From a virus (Duplodnaviria > Caudoviricetes), in IMG/VR virus record IMGVR_UViG_3300027971_000029, positions 1 to 64,000 of that record: 64,000 bases of DNA; one strand, given 5' to 3'. Below, in pieces: positions 19,893-29,463 of this stretch. The translations under genes and the position numbers were made by a program. Position 1 is the stretch's first letter. Each line of letters starts with the position of its first letter. The notes beneath the pieces were generated by a model that made no database searches, had not been told where the DNA came from, and worked only from the letters and a program-made list of their open reading frames with translations.

Positions 19893-20434
19893 ACGGCCAC
19901 CTCTATCAAAGTAATATATGTGGGCATGGAATCTACATGTGTTCTAACAGTATTACCACTGCCTGCTTTGTTATACAGTGTATATGTAGTAGCAGAAGTG
20001 GTAGCTGGAGAATCTAAAATTTGAAAGTTTATGGTTGTCAAATAATCAGAACTATTATTATTAATATAACCACCAGGATTTCCACTACCACCAGCAATGT
20101 TTGTGCTTCCACGATAAAGTGTAAGATAATGCCATTGGTTACTTCCATTACCACAAGTTACAGACACTTGAGCCAAAATTTTACTTGTAGAAAAAGTTGG
20201 CGTAATAGTGGCAGCGGCTAGTGTAGAAACATATGAAGTTGATGTTGTACTTTGTGCAGTGGAATATACTGCTTGAACCACTTGCAATACTGAACCTGTA
20301 CCTCTGTATGTCAATCCATTTGATGTTATCTTATTAACCAAAACACCATTCTGTTGAATTGTGAGGTCACCAGAACCATCACCATAAAATGTTGAACCAA
20401 GAACACCCGTGGTTGTTGTATTAATTAATGCCAT
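19889..20434 (-). CDS. Fibre module, GSVLQVV family
   Basis: GSVLQVVQ, TITP, SKIL, LDSPATTSATTY, ITLIEVAV. Confidence 0.75.
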   Translation of the reverse strand: MALINTTTTGVLGSTFYGDGSGDLTIQQNGVLVNKITSNGLTYRGTGSVLQVVQAVYSTAQSTTSTSYVSTLAAATITPTFSTSKILAQVSVTCGNGSNQWHYLTLYRGSTNIAGGSGNPGGYINNNSSDYLTTINFQILDSPATTSATTYTLYNKAGSGNTVRTHVDSMPTYITLIEVAV

Positions 20435-20435
20435 T

Positions 20436-20651
20436 TTATAGAACCACCCATTTCTGACCTGTCGGTACTGTAACTGATTTACCAGTTAGAATCGTAACTG
20501 GACCAACAGAGTAACCATTGTTTCCTGTTGTGAATGTATAATTGTTGTAAATGGTGTTTGCACTTTCAATAATAGCGACTCCAAGTTGCATGGCAGTATT
20601 AGCACCGCCACCAGCACCAAATAAGCCGCCTTGGACACGAGTTAGAGCCAT
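20436..20651 (-). CDS. Small adaptor-like virion protein
   Basis: MALTRV start; C-terminal NGYSVGPVTI...VTVPTGQKWVVL, similar to the end of 14062-14484. Confidence 0.7.
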   Translation of the reverse strand: MALTRVQGGLFGAGGGANTAMQLGVAIIESANTIYNNYTFTTGNNGYSVGPVTILTGKSVTVPTGQKWVVL

Positions 20652-20977
20652 TATGAAATCTCCAACAAACTTGCGATTACATCGACAGAGCCATTGGCGC
20701 TGGTTGTGATTTTTAAAACATCGGCGGCTTGCATAACAATTTTCTGGTCACCACCAACAGCAATAAGTGCAGAGCCACTCATAATTGGTGCATTTGCAAT
20801 AATCGTATAGTCTACTGCTGAACGAGTTATGAATGCGTTAGCAGTGACTGTTCCAGCAGACTTATTTGCGATTGAAAGACCAATCAGAGTTGTTGCTGTA
20901 GCAGAAGGGCAAGTGTATACAGTGTTACCACTTGTTACAATATTTGCCGATAAGTTGCTCTTAAAAGTATTTGCCAT
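20651..20977 (-). CDS. Conserved small virion protein (MANTFK type)
   Basis: MANTFK...VYTCP...IGLSIAN...GGDQKIVM...DVIASLLEIS. Confidence 0.7.
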   Translation of the reverse strand: MANTFKSNLSANIVTSGNTVYTCPSATATTLIGLSIANKSAGTVTANAFITRSAVDYTIIANAPIMSGSALIAVGGDQKIVMQAADVLKITTSANGSVDVIASLLEIS

Positions 20978-20996
20978 TTATTTTTCCTAGATATTC

Positions 20997-21004
20997 TATT
21001 TATA
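20997..21004 (-). promoter_or_regulatory. T4-type late promoter TATAAATA
   Basis: Exact consensus on the minus strand, 20 nt upstream of the 20977 start; gp33 is encoded in the window. Confidence 0.75.
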
Positions 21005-21730
21005 TCATCCCAATGCAATTGCTAAGGCAATTGAACTACCATCTACAGTACTTATTGCAGAATAGATAGCAGTATTTGCCGCACCTACAAAACTTGTGAT
21101 GTTTGCAATATTTGCAGTTAGTGTGTTTGCGACAGTTGCATTGCTCATTGTGGTATTGCCTGTAACTGTCAGCGTATTTGCAAAGCTACCTGAACCAGAC
21201 ACAATCAAGTCATCAAACCCGATTGCATCTAATGTAATGTTACCAGATACAGTTAAGTTACCACCAATGACAACATCACTCGAAACATTCAAAGTTGTAC
21301 CTGAGCCAGTCAGGTTAACATTACCTTTGAATGTAGCAGTGTTCGACACATTCATTGTTTCGCCAGAACCTGTCGTATATATTGTTCTGCGAATATTGAT
21401 ATCGTTATTGACTGTTGCGGAATCGTTTACAAAGACATTCTTAGTGATTACTGCGCTATTAGCAACAAACAAAGCATTGGCTGAACCAGTAACATTCAGA
21501 ATTGAGATGTTACCGGTTGCAATTGTTGCAGCCGTATTGACTGTTAAATTACCACCAATGGTAGCATGGTTTGTGACATTTAAAGAAACACCTGTCTTTG
21601 TTAGGCGAAGTTCTGTACATGCAGTGAATGTTGGACCGTCTGTTAAGTTATTGGCCGCAGTAATCAGGCTCTGAGTAGCCGCAAGCCATTGAGCAAATGT
21701 ATTAGCATTTGTGATATAACTAATTGCCAT
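21005..21730 (-). CDS. Fibre/collar-like structural protein
   Basis: NTFAQWL N-terminus; GGNLTV repeats; ends in IALAIALG. Confidence 0.65.
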   Translation of the reverse strand: MAISYITNANTFAQWLAATQSLITAANNLTDGPTFTACTELRLTKTGVSLNVTNHATIGGNLTVNTAATIATGNISILNVTGSANALFVANSAVITKNVFVNDSATVNNDINIRRTIYTTGSGETMNVSNTATFKGNVNLTGSGTTLNVSSDVVIGGNLTVSGNITLDAIGFDDLIVSGSGSFANTLTVTGNTTMSNATVANTLTANIANITSFVGAANTAIYSAISTVDGSSIALAIALG

Positions 21731-21956
21731 TTGTGCCTCTCATAGCAATAACTTGCAATAATTGTTTAATCTCTTGCATATCTTCTTCTAGTTTTTGCAA
21801 ACGAGTTCTAGTGTCCTGTTGTTCATTCTTTTGAGCCAAAAGTCTTTTGCGAGTATTCTGAAATTGTTGGAGACCTTGTCTATCTGTATTTAGAACAGCT
21901 TGTGTAGACATGTCTCTAACATATTCAGTATTTTCTATTTTTACAAAATTTGTCAC
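21720..21956 (-). CDS. Conserved small coiled-coil protein of T4-like phages
   Basis: YVRDMSTQAVLNTD followed by a coiled-coil tail; lies directly after the DUF4815-like gene. Confidence 0.7.
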   Translation of the reverse strand: MTNFVKIENTEYVRDMSTQAVLNTDRQGLQQFQNTRKRLLAQKNEQQDTRTRLQKLEEDMQEIKQLLQVIAMRGTNGN

Positions 21957-24900
21957 GATAATGATGGTATAGCAATGACACGCAAGTCTTTGATTCTTGG
22001 TACTTTTGTAGAAGTAGTGTCGGTTGAAGTCATAACAATCTTAATGGCAAAATACTTGAATGATGTGAAACCATTACCATATCCAACTTTGTTAGAAGGT
22101 GTGCCTGCTGTTCCAGGCGCATATGTGTACTCTTTCAAGTCTTGCGCTGTGATAGACTTCAAGTTAGTGCCTGAAACCAATGTCATCAATTGGTAATTCT
22201 TTGAATCAAAAACATCGGTATCGTCAGCAGAAAGAATCTTGTAATAAACATAAATGTTTGCACTTGCTGGTTTGTATGCAGTAAACGACAGACGGAAGTC
22301 ACCAGCATCTAAACCATCAGCTAATGTTACTTTACGAGTTATATATCTTGCTCTTGCTGGACCACCAGATGGTTGGTCTTCGCCACTTGAAACTGCGGTT
22401 GCTTGAGTTGCTGATGGATTACCACCAGTGATTGTAACTGTTGGTGTGCTGGTATAACCAGAACCACCAGCATCAACAACAATACTTGAAACTTTACCAG
22501 CAGAGAATGTTGCATACGCATTAGCGCCTGCACCGCCACCGCCTGTGATTGATATCGAAACATTGCTGTTTGTGGTATAACCAAATCCTGGATTTGTTAT
22601 GATGATATCGGTATTAGCCAATGACAAATCATCAACATAGTTTTCAATTCCAAGCACACTCAATCTCTCAACATCAACAAGTGGAGAGATTTGTGTATTA
22701 TCAGAAGATAACAACAATCTGACTTTGAACGAGTTAGCATCAGATGTAAGAACACGGCGACCTAGTGTGTCATCAAAGAAAACATTTTCTTCAATGTTGA
22801 ATGAACGCATATTCTGACGCTCACCAGTTGAACTCAATGTTGTTGCATATTGTGTGCCAATCGATGTGTTTGGTAGAATTAAATTCTGTGATGTAACATA
22901 GAATGAGTCAACAGAAACATTTGATGTTGGCAAATCAGTTGAATCTAAACGGAACTCAACATTCGCTGTAACAGGGTCGTATTCTGCTCTCATAATACGG
23001 AACATCAAATCTTCTTCTTGAATTGCTGTCCAAGTAGATGAGTTTTGTGATTTGAAGAATGAACCAAGATATGGTTGAGTAGAAATAATTCTATCTGTGC
23101 CAACAAGTTTCTGACCAACTTCAGACACATAGACTTGATACTTGATAGAGTTGGCAATCAATACAACTGCATATTCAGTACCAGGCTGTAATGTCACAGG
23201 TCCATCAAATGTTACTGTGGTATACAATGCAGTGTCATCTAAAGGCTGTGTCAATGCAGGGTCAGAATATCTTGCTCTCATTGTCTCTTCAGAAACTTCT
23301 TTAATAGTATCTGGATTAACACTGATATCTGCATATGGCAGAATTTGTGAAGAATGTGGATAACCATTCACCACAGGGCGAATTTGAACTTGTACAGGAA
23401 TATCAGGGTCTTTTGTTTTGAACAATAGACGCACAGATGTAATTTGAACACCATTACCATATTGGCGTTGGTCAATAAAGAATGTCTGTGCTAATGGATC
23501 CCAATAGCCAACTCTAGCCCTACCAACAACTTGTTCACGAAGAACGGCATTTGAAGTTACTAATGTTCTATCATCTTGCAAATCGGTTCTCTTAATTACT
23601 GGAACACGAGTAGAAACAATTGTTGATTCTGTTGTCTGCAATAGACCTTGTGCATAGTATGTTGCATCACCATTTGTTGATGAAGAAGCCAATGCACCTG
23701 ATGTTGTGTCAGTGAGTCTGAATACTCTTTCACCAGTTCTGAATCTTGTATCAGTATTACTTGGAATAATGAACACACCAGAAACTTCACCTCTTCTATC
23801 AGAGTCAATTGTGCCGATAGAATATGTTGAAGTAGCGTCAGGTGTTGTTGTCCAATTTGAAGAAACTGTCGCTACTCTTGTAGTTACATTATATGAAGAG
23901 ATTGTTCTCTCTTGGCCAATTCCAGTTCCTGAAGTCACATAGATTGACTTACCAACATAGTTTGTATTTGCTATAGATGTGTTAGCTGTTGTATTGCTAT
24001 TTAATACATGGAAGTCTAAACTAATTGTGCTTGATGTTGCGGCATTCGCTTGACCAGAATAGTGAACAAATCCAGAGATGCGAGTATTAGCACCAGATGT
24101 TGCACCAATCAAGAAAGTAGCATTGCTTGTAACGATACGAACATTACCAACATTTGCATCATCGCCTGTTGAAATATTAACTACGCTTACATTTGTGACA
24201 GTAGCTTCATTGCGGTTCAATACGACAATAGCAGATGCTAAATTTTTGCTTGTTGCAGGTTCGTAAATTCTTACTGCTTCACCATTTTGATATGTGTCAA
24301 TGTATGCGGCAGTATTGCTAGAAACAACAATCTTGTTTGTTTTGTTTAGATAAGATTGAACCGCTTCACCATCAAAGAATCCATATAGTGATGTATTAGG
24401 TTTGAAACCTTTACCAACAAAGACAAGACCACGGGCACGAATGTATGGAATGATAGAAACATCAATAACACGATTACCAATATTCTTAGTGATTGTATCT
24501 GTCGAGAATTGTGTTCTAACACCGGTTCTTGATTGTTTTGTTGTTACATCAGCAACAGTTCTCTTAACAACATCTTCATACACTTCAACATAGTGACCTA
24601 AAGGTCCTAACCAACCTCTGTCTGCCGGAACTACTGTTTCATCTCTTTGATTCGTGATAGATGTTGAAAGAGTCTGCCATGAATTCCAATGAGCACCAAA
24701 AGTTTCAGGTGCAGATTTTTCAACTGTCTGAGCCAAGGCTGCCCAAGCATCATTGTCACCTTCAAGGTTAACAAGAACATCAGGCTTCTGGTCGGTGTCA
24801 ACCCAATTGTCAGATGATGGATCAAGTGAAATTGAGCCGATAAAAGATACAGCATTGAATGGGTTTACATTAACTGCTTTTGATGAGAATGGTTGGTCAA

Positions 24901-27900
24901 TCAATGTTGTTTCAGTATAATTGATTGACACCAACAAACCATTTCGTTTGTAGTTGCTACTGTTTGTTTCGTAAATATCTAATTGAGTATTATCAATTGC
25001 AAATGGTGGGCGAAGTTCTTGCTGTTGGGAATCGATAGATACTTTGTAATCAACATTCAAAACATCACCAATATTATGACCTGTGAATGGGTCAACAAGA
25101 ATACCATTCTTGAAACGAGCCAATCCAGTTTCATCGTCAGTGATTTGTGTTTCTTTAGCCGCTTTTTCAAGCAAGTTTAACGAAGTGTAATATTCAAGAT
25201 TACTAATTCTCTTTTCAAGCAAACCAATATCACGCATTGTGTAGCGGCGATTGTCGATAAACTTAACACGAACATTTTTAATGTTAGCAGTGTATGCAGG
25301 CAATGTAATTGTATACAATGTCATTGCATTTTCTTTATCTGCTGGCGCTGTTGGTGTCAACGAAGGTGTGCCACGAAGAACTTCAAATGTTCTATCTTTG
25401 GTAGCAATAACCTTATCGATTCTTGGCAAATAATATGAGAAGTCGGTTTCTAAATCTGTACCAGATTGTCCAAGAATAATCTCATCATATTGTCCAGTTG
25501 TATCGCCATTCTTACGGCGAGGTCTGAAGTCAATAGAATCAGACAATGCATAACTCAGTCCTGTCTGAGGTGAAGTATACATTGGAACTTCTGAGTAAGT
25601 CAACCCAGCATCGATATAAGAATCAACAGTCAAATAACCTGAACCAGTGTGACCATAGTAATTCAAATATACAACGGTATTACCTGTAGGTCCAGTTTTA
25701 TTTGATTTCAATGTGATTGTTGCATGGTCATAAGCATTATCTCTTTGACCAGAATCAAAATTGTAGTTGGATGTCAAGTCAGTTGCAAATGATAAGTTAG
25801 CTTGTGATGCAACATTCGAACCAAAGTCTTTAACAGCGGCTAACGAAATACCATCAGCAACATATAAAACTTGTGGGCTGTTTGGTGTTCTTAGTGCGGT
25901 TGTTGCTGTATTTGCAAAAACAAGTTGAGCACCATTAGCACCAGATGTTTGTGATGCTGTTAGAGTTATGCCAGTTGCAGGTGAAGTTGAAGAACTTGTG
26001 GTATCATACAATGAAGTATTAGCTAACAGTTTTTGTTTTGATTTACGAAGACTTCCCAATGAATGAGAATATGGTAAACGAACTTTTGTGTAAACTCTAG
26101 CGGATGCATTATTTGCACCATTGACAGTGATTGTATAAGTTGATGTATTGCCAGCAGTAGTCACTGTTACAGAATTGGCACTACTCATTAAATTGATAAC
26201 TGTACCATTAGCATATGTTGTGCCAGCACCAGTTAGAGTAATGAATAAATTATCAATAGCATCAGAAGTTGCTAATGGGCTTCCTGTGACTGCTGAACGA
26301 ATACCGGCGGCAGTTGTGAATGATAGGATGCCAGTTGAACCAAATGTACCAGCATACACTTTGCGCCCATAGTATTCGCTGTTTGTGATTGGTAAAGCAC
26401 CAGATGCTGTAGCATCAGCAATCGCCGCTTGTGGGAATTGGAATATTAACTGATTGAAGTTTGTTTCTGAAATGAATGCACCACGATATGCATCAACAAG
26501 AACATTGTTCTTATTTGCAGAGTTGACATCCATTCTTGTGGTAACAGTTGCACCAGAATTGATGATAAATGATTCAGCATCTTTGAATTCGAAGTCAAGT
26601 GAGAATTGTGTCGCTGTAGTTGGAGTACCAAACACGAAGTTTGGAGAAACTGTTGCGATTTTTGTATCACCACGATAGTTTGTGATTGTGACAATCTCAC
26701 TAACATTAGCACCTACATCTTTTACAATGCGAAGTTTTACACCATCATATGCATTGTTTTGTGTAGCGGCATTTGAATCAAGTGTGATTGTATTTGCTGT
26801 TCCTGATTGTGCATTAGCACTTCTATAAGAAACATTTGCATCAAAAACATATCCACGGAATACACCAGTCTTAATGCTTGTGCTATTTGCACCAGATTGA
26901 TAATCTAATGCACGAAGTCTAATTGTACCAATATTTGTAGCACTCAAAGTTGTGGTGCTTGTGGTATTCAAATTAGCCGTATCGGAACAATGAATGCTTA
27001 ATGGCTCAAATGTTTCTAATGGAATTGGTCCAGAAATATTTGAAACATCAACATAGTTTTGATAGCTGATTGTAACACCATAGTTTGTTACATTGGCAAC
27101 TTCACGAGCCTTTTCGGAGAGAAGAACTGTTGGTCCTTTTGTCTCAAACTCATATCCAAGAATGTATGCTTTACCAGATTCAAGAACAATATTGTATGCA
27201 TTGGCATATGTGTCGTTATCATTCAATGAGATTTGAAATGGGCGAACTGAATAGTTGCCAGACTCATCGTATGTTCTACGAGCAAGAGTCTTTTCAATTT
27301 CAGCGTATGTTGGGTACTGAATTGATTTTGTTAACTCACCATTCTTAACACGAAGCAATTCGATGAAACTTGTATCATCGGTACTTGTCAGAGACCTCTT
27401 AGATAAAGTGAGCGTAATTTTAAAACGAGTAGAACCTGGTGCTTGATAGTTAGATGCATCTTGTGCAGGGTCAAGCAATGAAGTGTCATTACTTTCATCG
27501 ATAACTTCTTCAGTGATTTGAAGACCTACCTTGTAAGAAGGTAGTGCATTATATCTTTCAAGAATGATTGATTGTGAACCAACTCTTGCAAAAAATCCAT
27601 TGACAAAGAATACACCATCATTGATATTGCAAACAGATGCGGAGCCTGTTGGGTCTACGCCAAAAACTGTTGCGAAAAAAATCTCATCTTCAGTTTCAAG
27701 ATTTTCGTTAGCAATGAAAATATCACCAGATGTATATTTTACAACGAGAGTTGGTTGATTGCCATCTTCACCAGCATCAACGGCAATAACATATGCACGA
27801 GTTCCACGACCAGTGGAATCTTGAATCCATTTACCATCGAAGTTTGCTACATCAATAGCATTGCTATTAAAAGTATTATTAACTCTAATAAAACCGACAC

Positions 27901-28114
27901 GCTCAACTTCAAGTGTGGTTTGTCCACCAACAACAAGAGAACCATTTTTAAACACATGCTGACCAAAACGGTCAACTTGTTTTTGAAGGGCTGTCTGTAA
28001 TTGTGTTAATTCACGAGCCTGAACGGCATAGCCAGGACGGAACAAAAGTTTGTAGAAATCTTTCGTTTCATCGAAATCATCATAATAAGGGTTTTGTGAA
28101 ATATCAATAGCCAT
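21953..28114 (-). CDS. Large baseplate/virion structural protein (DUF4815/VrlC-like)
   Basis: PYYDDFD...LFRPGYAVQARELTQLQ, RRYTMRDIG.LEKRI, YWDPLAQTFF, PRIKDLRVIA. Confidence 0.85.
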   Translation of the reverse strand: MAIDISQNPYYDDFDETKDFYKLLFRPGYAVQARELTQLQTALQKQVDRFGQHVFKNGSLVVGGQTTLEVERVGFIRVNNTFNSNAIDVANFDGKWIQDSTGRGTRAYVIAVDAGEDGNQPTLVVKYTSGDIFIANENLETEDEIFFATVFGVDPTGSASVCNINDGVFFVNGFFARVGSQSIILERYNALPSYKVGLQITEEVIDESNDTSLLDPAQDASNYQAPGSTRFKITLTLSKRSLTSTDDTSFIELLRVKNGELTKSIQYPTYAEIEKTLARRTYDESGNYSVRPFQISLNDNDTYANAYNIVLESGKAYILGYEFETKGPTVLLSEKAREVANVTNYGVTISYQNYVDVSNISGPIPLETFEPLSIHCSDTANLNTTSTTTLSATNIGTIRLRALDYQSGANSTSIKTGVFRGYVFDANVSYRSANAQSGTANTITLDSNAATQNNAYDGVKLRIVKDVGANVSEIVTITNYRGDTKIATVSPNFVFGTPTTATQFSLDFEFKDAESFIINSGATVTTRMDVNSANKNNVLVDAYRGAFISETNFNQLIFQFPQAAIADATASGALPITNSEYYGRKVYAGTFGSTGILSFTTAAGIRSAVTGSPLATSDAIDNLFITLTGAGTTYANGTVINLMSSANSVTVTTAGNTSTYTITVNGANNASARVYTKVRLPYSHSLGSLRKSKQKLLANTSLYDTTSSSTSPATGITLTASQTSGANGAQLVFANTATTALRTPNSPQVLYVADGISLAAVKDFGSNVASQANLSFATDLTSNYNFDSGQRDNAYDHATITLKSNKTGPTGNTVVYLNYYGHTGSGYLTVDSYIDAGLTYSEVPMYTSPQTGLSYALSDSIDFRPRRKNGDTTGQYDEIILGQSGTDLETDFSYYLPRIDKVIATKDRTFEVLRGTPSLTPTAPADKENAMTLYTITLPAYTANIKNVRVKFIDNRRYTMRDIGLLEKRISNLEYYTSLNLLEKAAKETQITDDETGLARFKNGILVDPFTGHNIGDVLNVDYKVSIDSQQQELRPPFAIDNTQLDIYETNSSNYKRNGLLVSINYTETTLIDQPFSSKAVNVNPFNAVSFIGSISLDPSSDNWVDTDQKPDVLVNLEGDNDAWAALAQTVEKSAPETFGAHWNSWQTLSTSITNQRDETVVPADRGWLGPLGHYVEVYEDVVKRTVADVTTKQSRTGVRTQFSTDTITKNIGNRVIDVSIIPYIRARGLVFVGKGFKPNTSLYGFFDGEAVQSYLNKTNKIVVSSNTAAYIDTYQNGEAVRIYEPATSKNLASAIVVLNRNEATVTNVSVVNISTGDDANVGNVRIVTSNATFLIGATSGANTRISGFVHYSGQANAATSSTISLDFHVLNSNTTANTSIANTNYVGKSIYVTSGTGIGQERTISSYNVTTRVATVSSNWTTTPDATSTYSIGTIDSDRRGEVSGVFIIPSNTDTRFRTGERVFRLTDTTSGALASSSTNGDATYYAQGLLQTTESTIVSTRVPVIKRTDLQDDRTLVTSNAVLREQVVGRARVGYWDPLAQTFFIDQRQYGNGVQITSVRLLFKTKDPDIPVQVQIRPVVNGYPHSSQILPYADISVNPDTIKEVSEETMRARYSDPALTQPLDDTALYTTVTFDGPVTLQPGTEYAVVLIANSIKYQVYVSEVGQKLVGTDRIISTQPYLGSFFKSQNSSTWTAIQEEDLMFRIMRAEYDPVTANVEFRLDSTDLPTSNVSVDSFYVTSQNLILPNTSIGTQYATTLSSTGERQNMRSFNIEENVFFDDTLGRRVLTSDANSFKVRLLLSSDNTQISPLVDVERLSVLGIENYVDDLSLANTDIIITNPGFGYTTNSNVSISITGGGGAGANAYATFSAGKVSSIVVDAGGSGYTSTPTVTITGGNPSATQATAVSSGEDQPSGGPARARYITRKVTLADGLDAGDFRLSFTAYKPASANIYVYYKILSADDTDVFDSKNYQLMTLVSGTNLKSITAQDLKEYTYAPGTAGTPSNKVGYGNGFTSFKYFAIKIVMTSTDTTSTKVPRIKDLRVIAIPSLS

Positions 28115-28121
28115 GTTTTAC

Positions 28122-29444
28122 CTAGAATTTAACAACGAATTTAATGTTTTCTGCTTGATTGCTTGCACGAGATACCGGTGTTCTATTTTCAACATAAATC
28201 AAATCTCCTGTCATCGGTTCAAGTTCTGGATTTGTTACATTAACAACAGTTCTTGACACAGTAGAGGTGTTTCCTTTTAAATTTAAGCCGGCCTGAATCG
28301 TTCCTCTAACTTCATTTATCTTAACTAAACTTGCTGAGTTATCGACAACATATCCACTGAAGGTGCTGTTTGCCGCATCAGTTCCCTGATATACTAATTC
28401 ATCAATTGTGAAATTTGAACCTGATGTAATCACAATATCTGTCGTTAATGAAACAGCAGAGTTTGCATTTGCGGAACTAATCTCAGTATTCTGTCCATAT
28501 TTATGAGGTCCAACAAGCAAAGATACTTGTCTGAAATCATTATTTATAGTAATTTTACCACCTTCAGTAGCATCTCCGCTACCAACTTTGACGGCAATCA
28601 TCACAGTATTTGCACCCAATTCTCTTGCTGGATTGAATGCATGTCCACCATACGCTGAAATGATTGGTCGAACATTAGCGCCAGTACCAGAACCGACAAC
28701 AGTGATTGTGCAATTTTGGCGAGTGTAATCTGTGCCACGAACAATATTATTAAAACCAACAAGAACACCATTGGCAATATTTGCAGTCACATTAGCGCCG
28801 GCGCCATTACCTGTAATTTTAATTGAGGTGTTTGTGTTTCCATAACCAGAACCACCAGATTCAATTTTGATTCTTGTGATTGCGCCTTCTACAATGTTGT
28901 TTGAACTTCCACTGTATGAATTAAATTGTGCAGTTGGTACTGGAATAAAATCTTCAGTAATAAATTTATTTGATGGTGGAATAGCATACATGTATTTCCA
29001 CACATATCCATCAGCAGTCTCAATGAATCCATTACTGATTGTGTAATCTCCAGTGGGTTCAACTGTTGATAAACCACCGTTTCTATTGTCAAGGCAACGA
29101 TAAACTCCACCAGTGGAAGTATAAACATAGTTTCCGTTTGCCGATGAGTACATTCCATCAGAACGGTCATCGTATGGTGTGTAAACAGAATTTGCTGTCC
29201 AATCAAATCTTGGAATTACAAGACCTACATCATTACCAGTTACTTTCTTTCCACCAATCATTGCACCATAAACATCATAAACAATATTGTCGGTGTCTAC
29301 GATAGCAGGTGGTGTATCAGTGTCATCCCAAGAAACACTTTTTCCTAGAACAACATAACCCACAGTAGCGGCTGGCTCAGAGAAGCCTTCAGCAAACTGA
29401 ACCGCATCATTATATCCTAATCTTCTTGTAGAGAGTGTAGTCAT
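28122..29444 (-). CDS. gp8: Baseplate wedge subunit
   Basis: VIPRFDW, VYRCLDN, DGYVWKYMY, NDFRQVSL, YVENR.P..RA.NQ.ENIK. Confidence 0.9.
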   Translation of the reverse strand: MTTLSTRRLGYNDAVQFAEGFSEPAATVGYVVLGKSVSWDDTDTPPAIVDTDNIVYDVYGAMIGGKKVTGNDVGLVIPRFDWTANSVYTPYDDRSDGMYSSANGNYVYTSTGGVYRCLDNRNGGLSTVEPTGDYTISNGFIETADGYVWKYMYAIPPSNKFITEDFIPVPTAQFNSYSGSSNNIVEGAITRIKIESGGSGYGNTNTSIKITGNGAGANVTANIANGVLVGFNNIVRGTDYTRQNCTITVVGSGTGANVRPIISAYGGHAFNPARELGANTVMIAVKVGSGDATEGGKITINNDFRQVSLLVGPHKYGQNTEISSANANSAVSLTTDIVITSGSNFTIDELVYQGTDAANSTFSGYVVDNSASLVKINEVRGTIQAGLNLKGNTSTVSRTVVNVTNPELEPMTGDLIYVENRTPVSRASNQAENIKFVVKF

Positions 29445-29463
29445 ATCTTTTATTTATGCGTCA

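Noticed and set aside
3735-20434. Diversity-generating retroelement, suggested by Mtd-N-like domains and paralogous tips
   Set aside because: No reverse transcriptase in the window, and I saw no ~100-bp repeat pair differing only at adenines.
11334-20434. Invertase-driven shufflon
   Set aside because: All cassettes are complete genes on one strand, the repeats are direct, and no site-specific recombinase is present.
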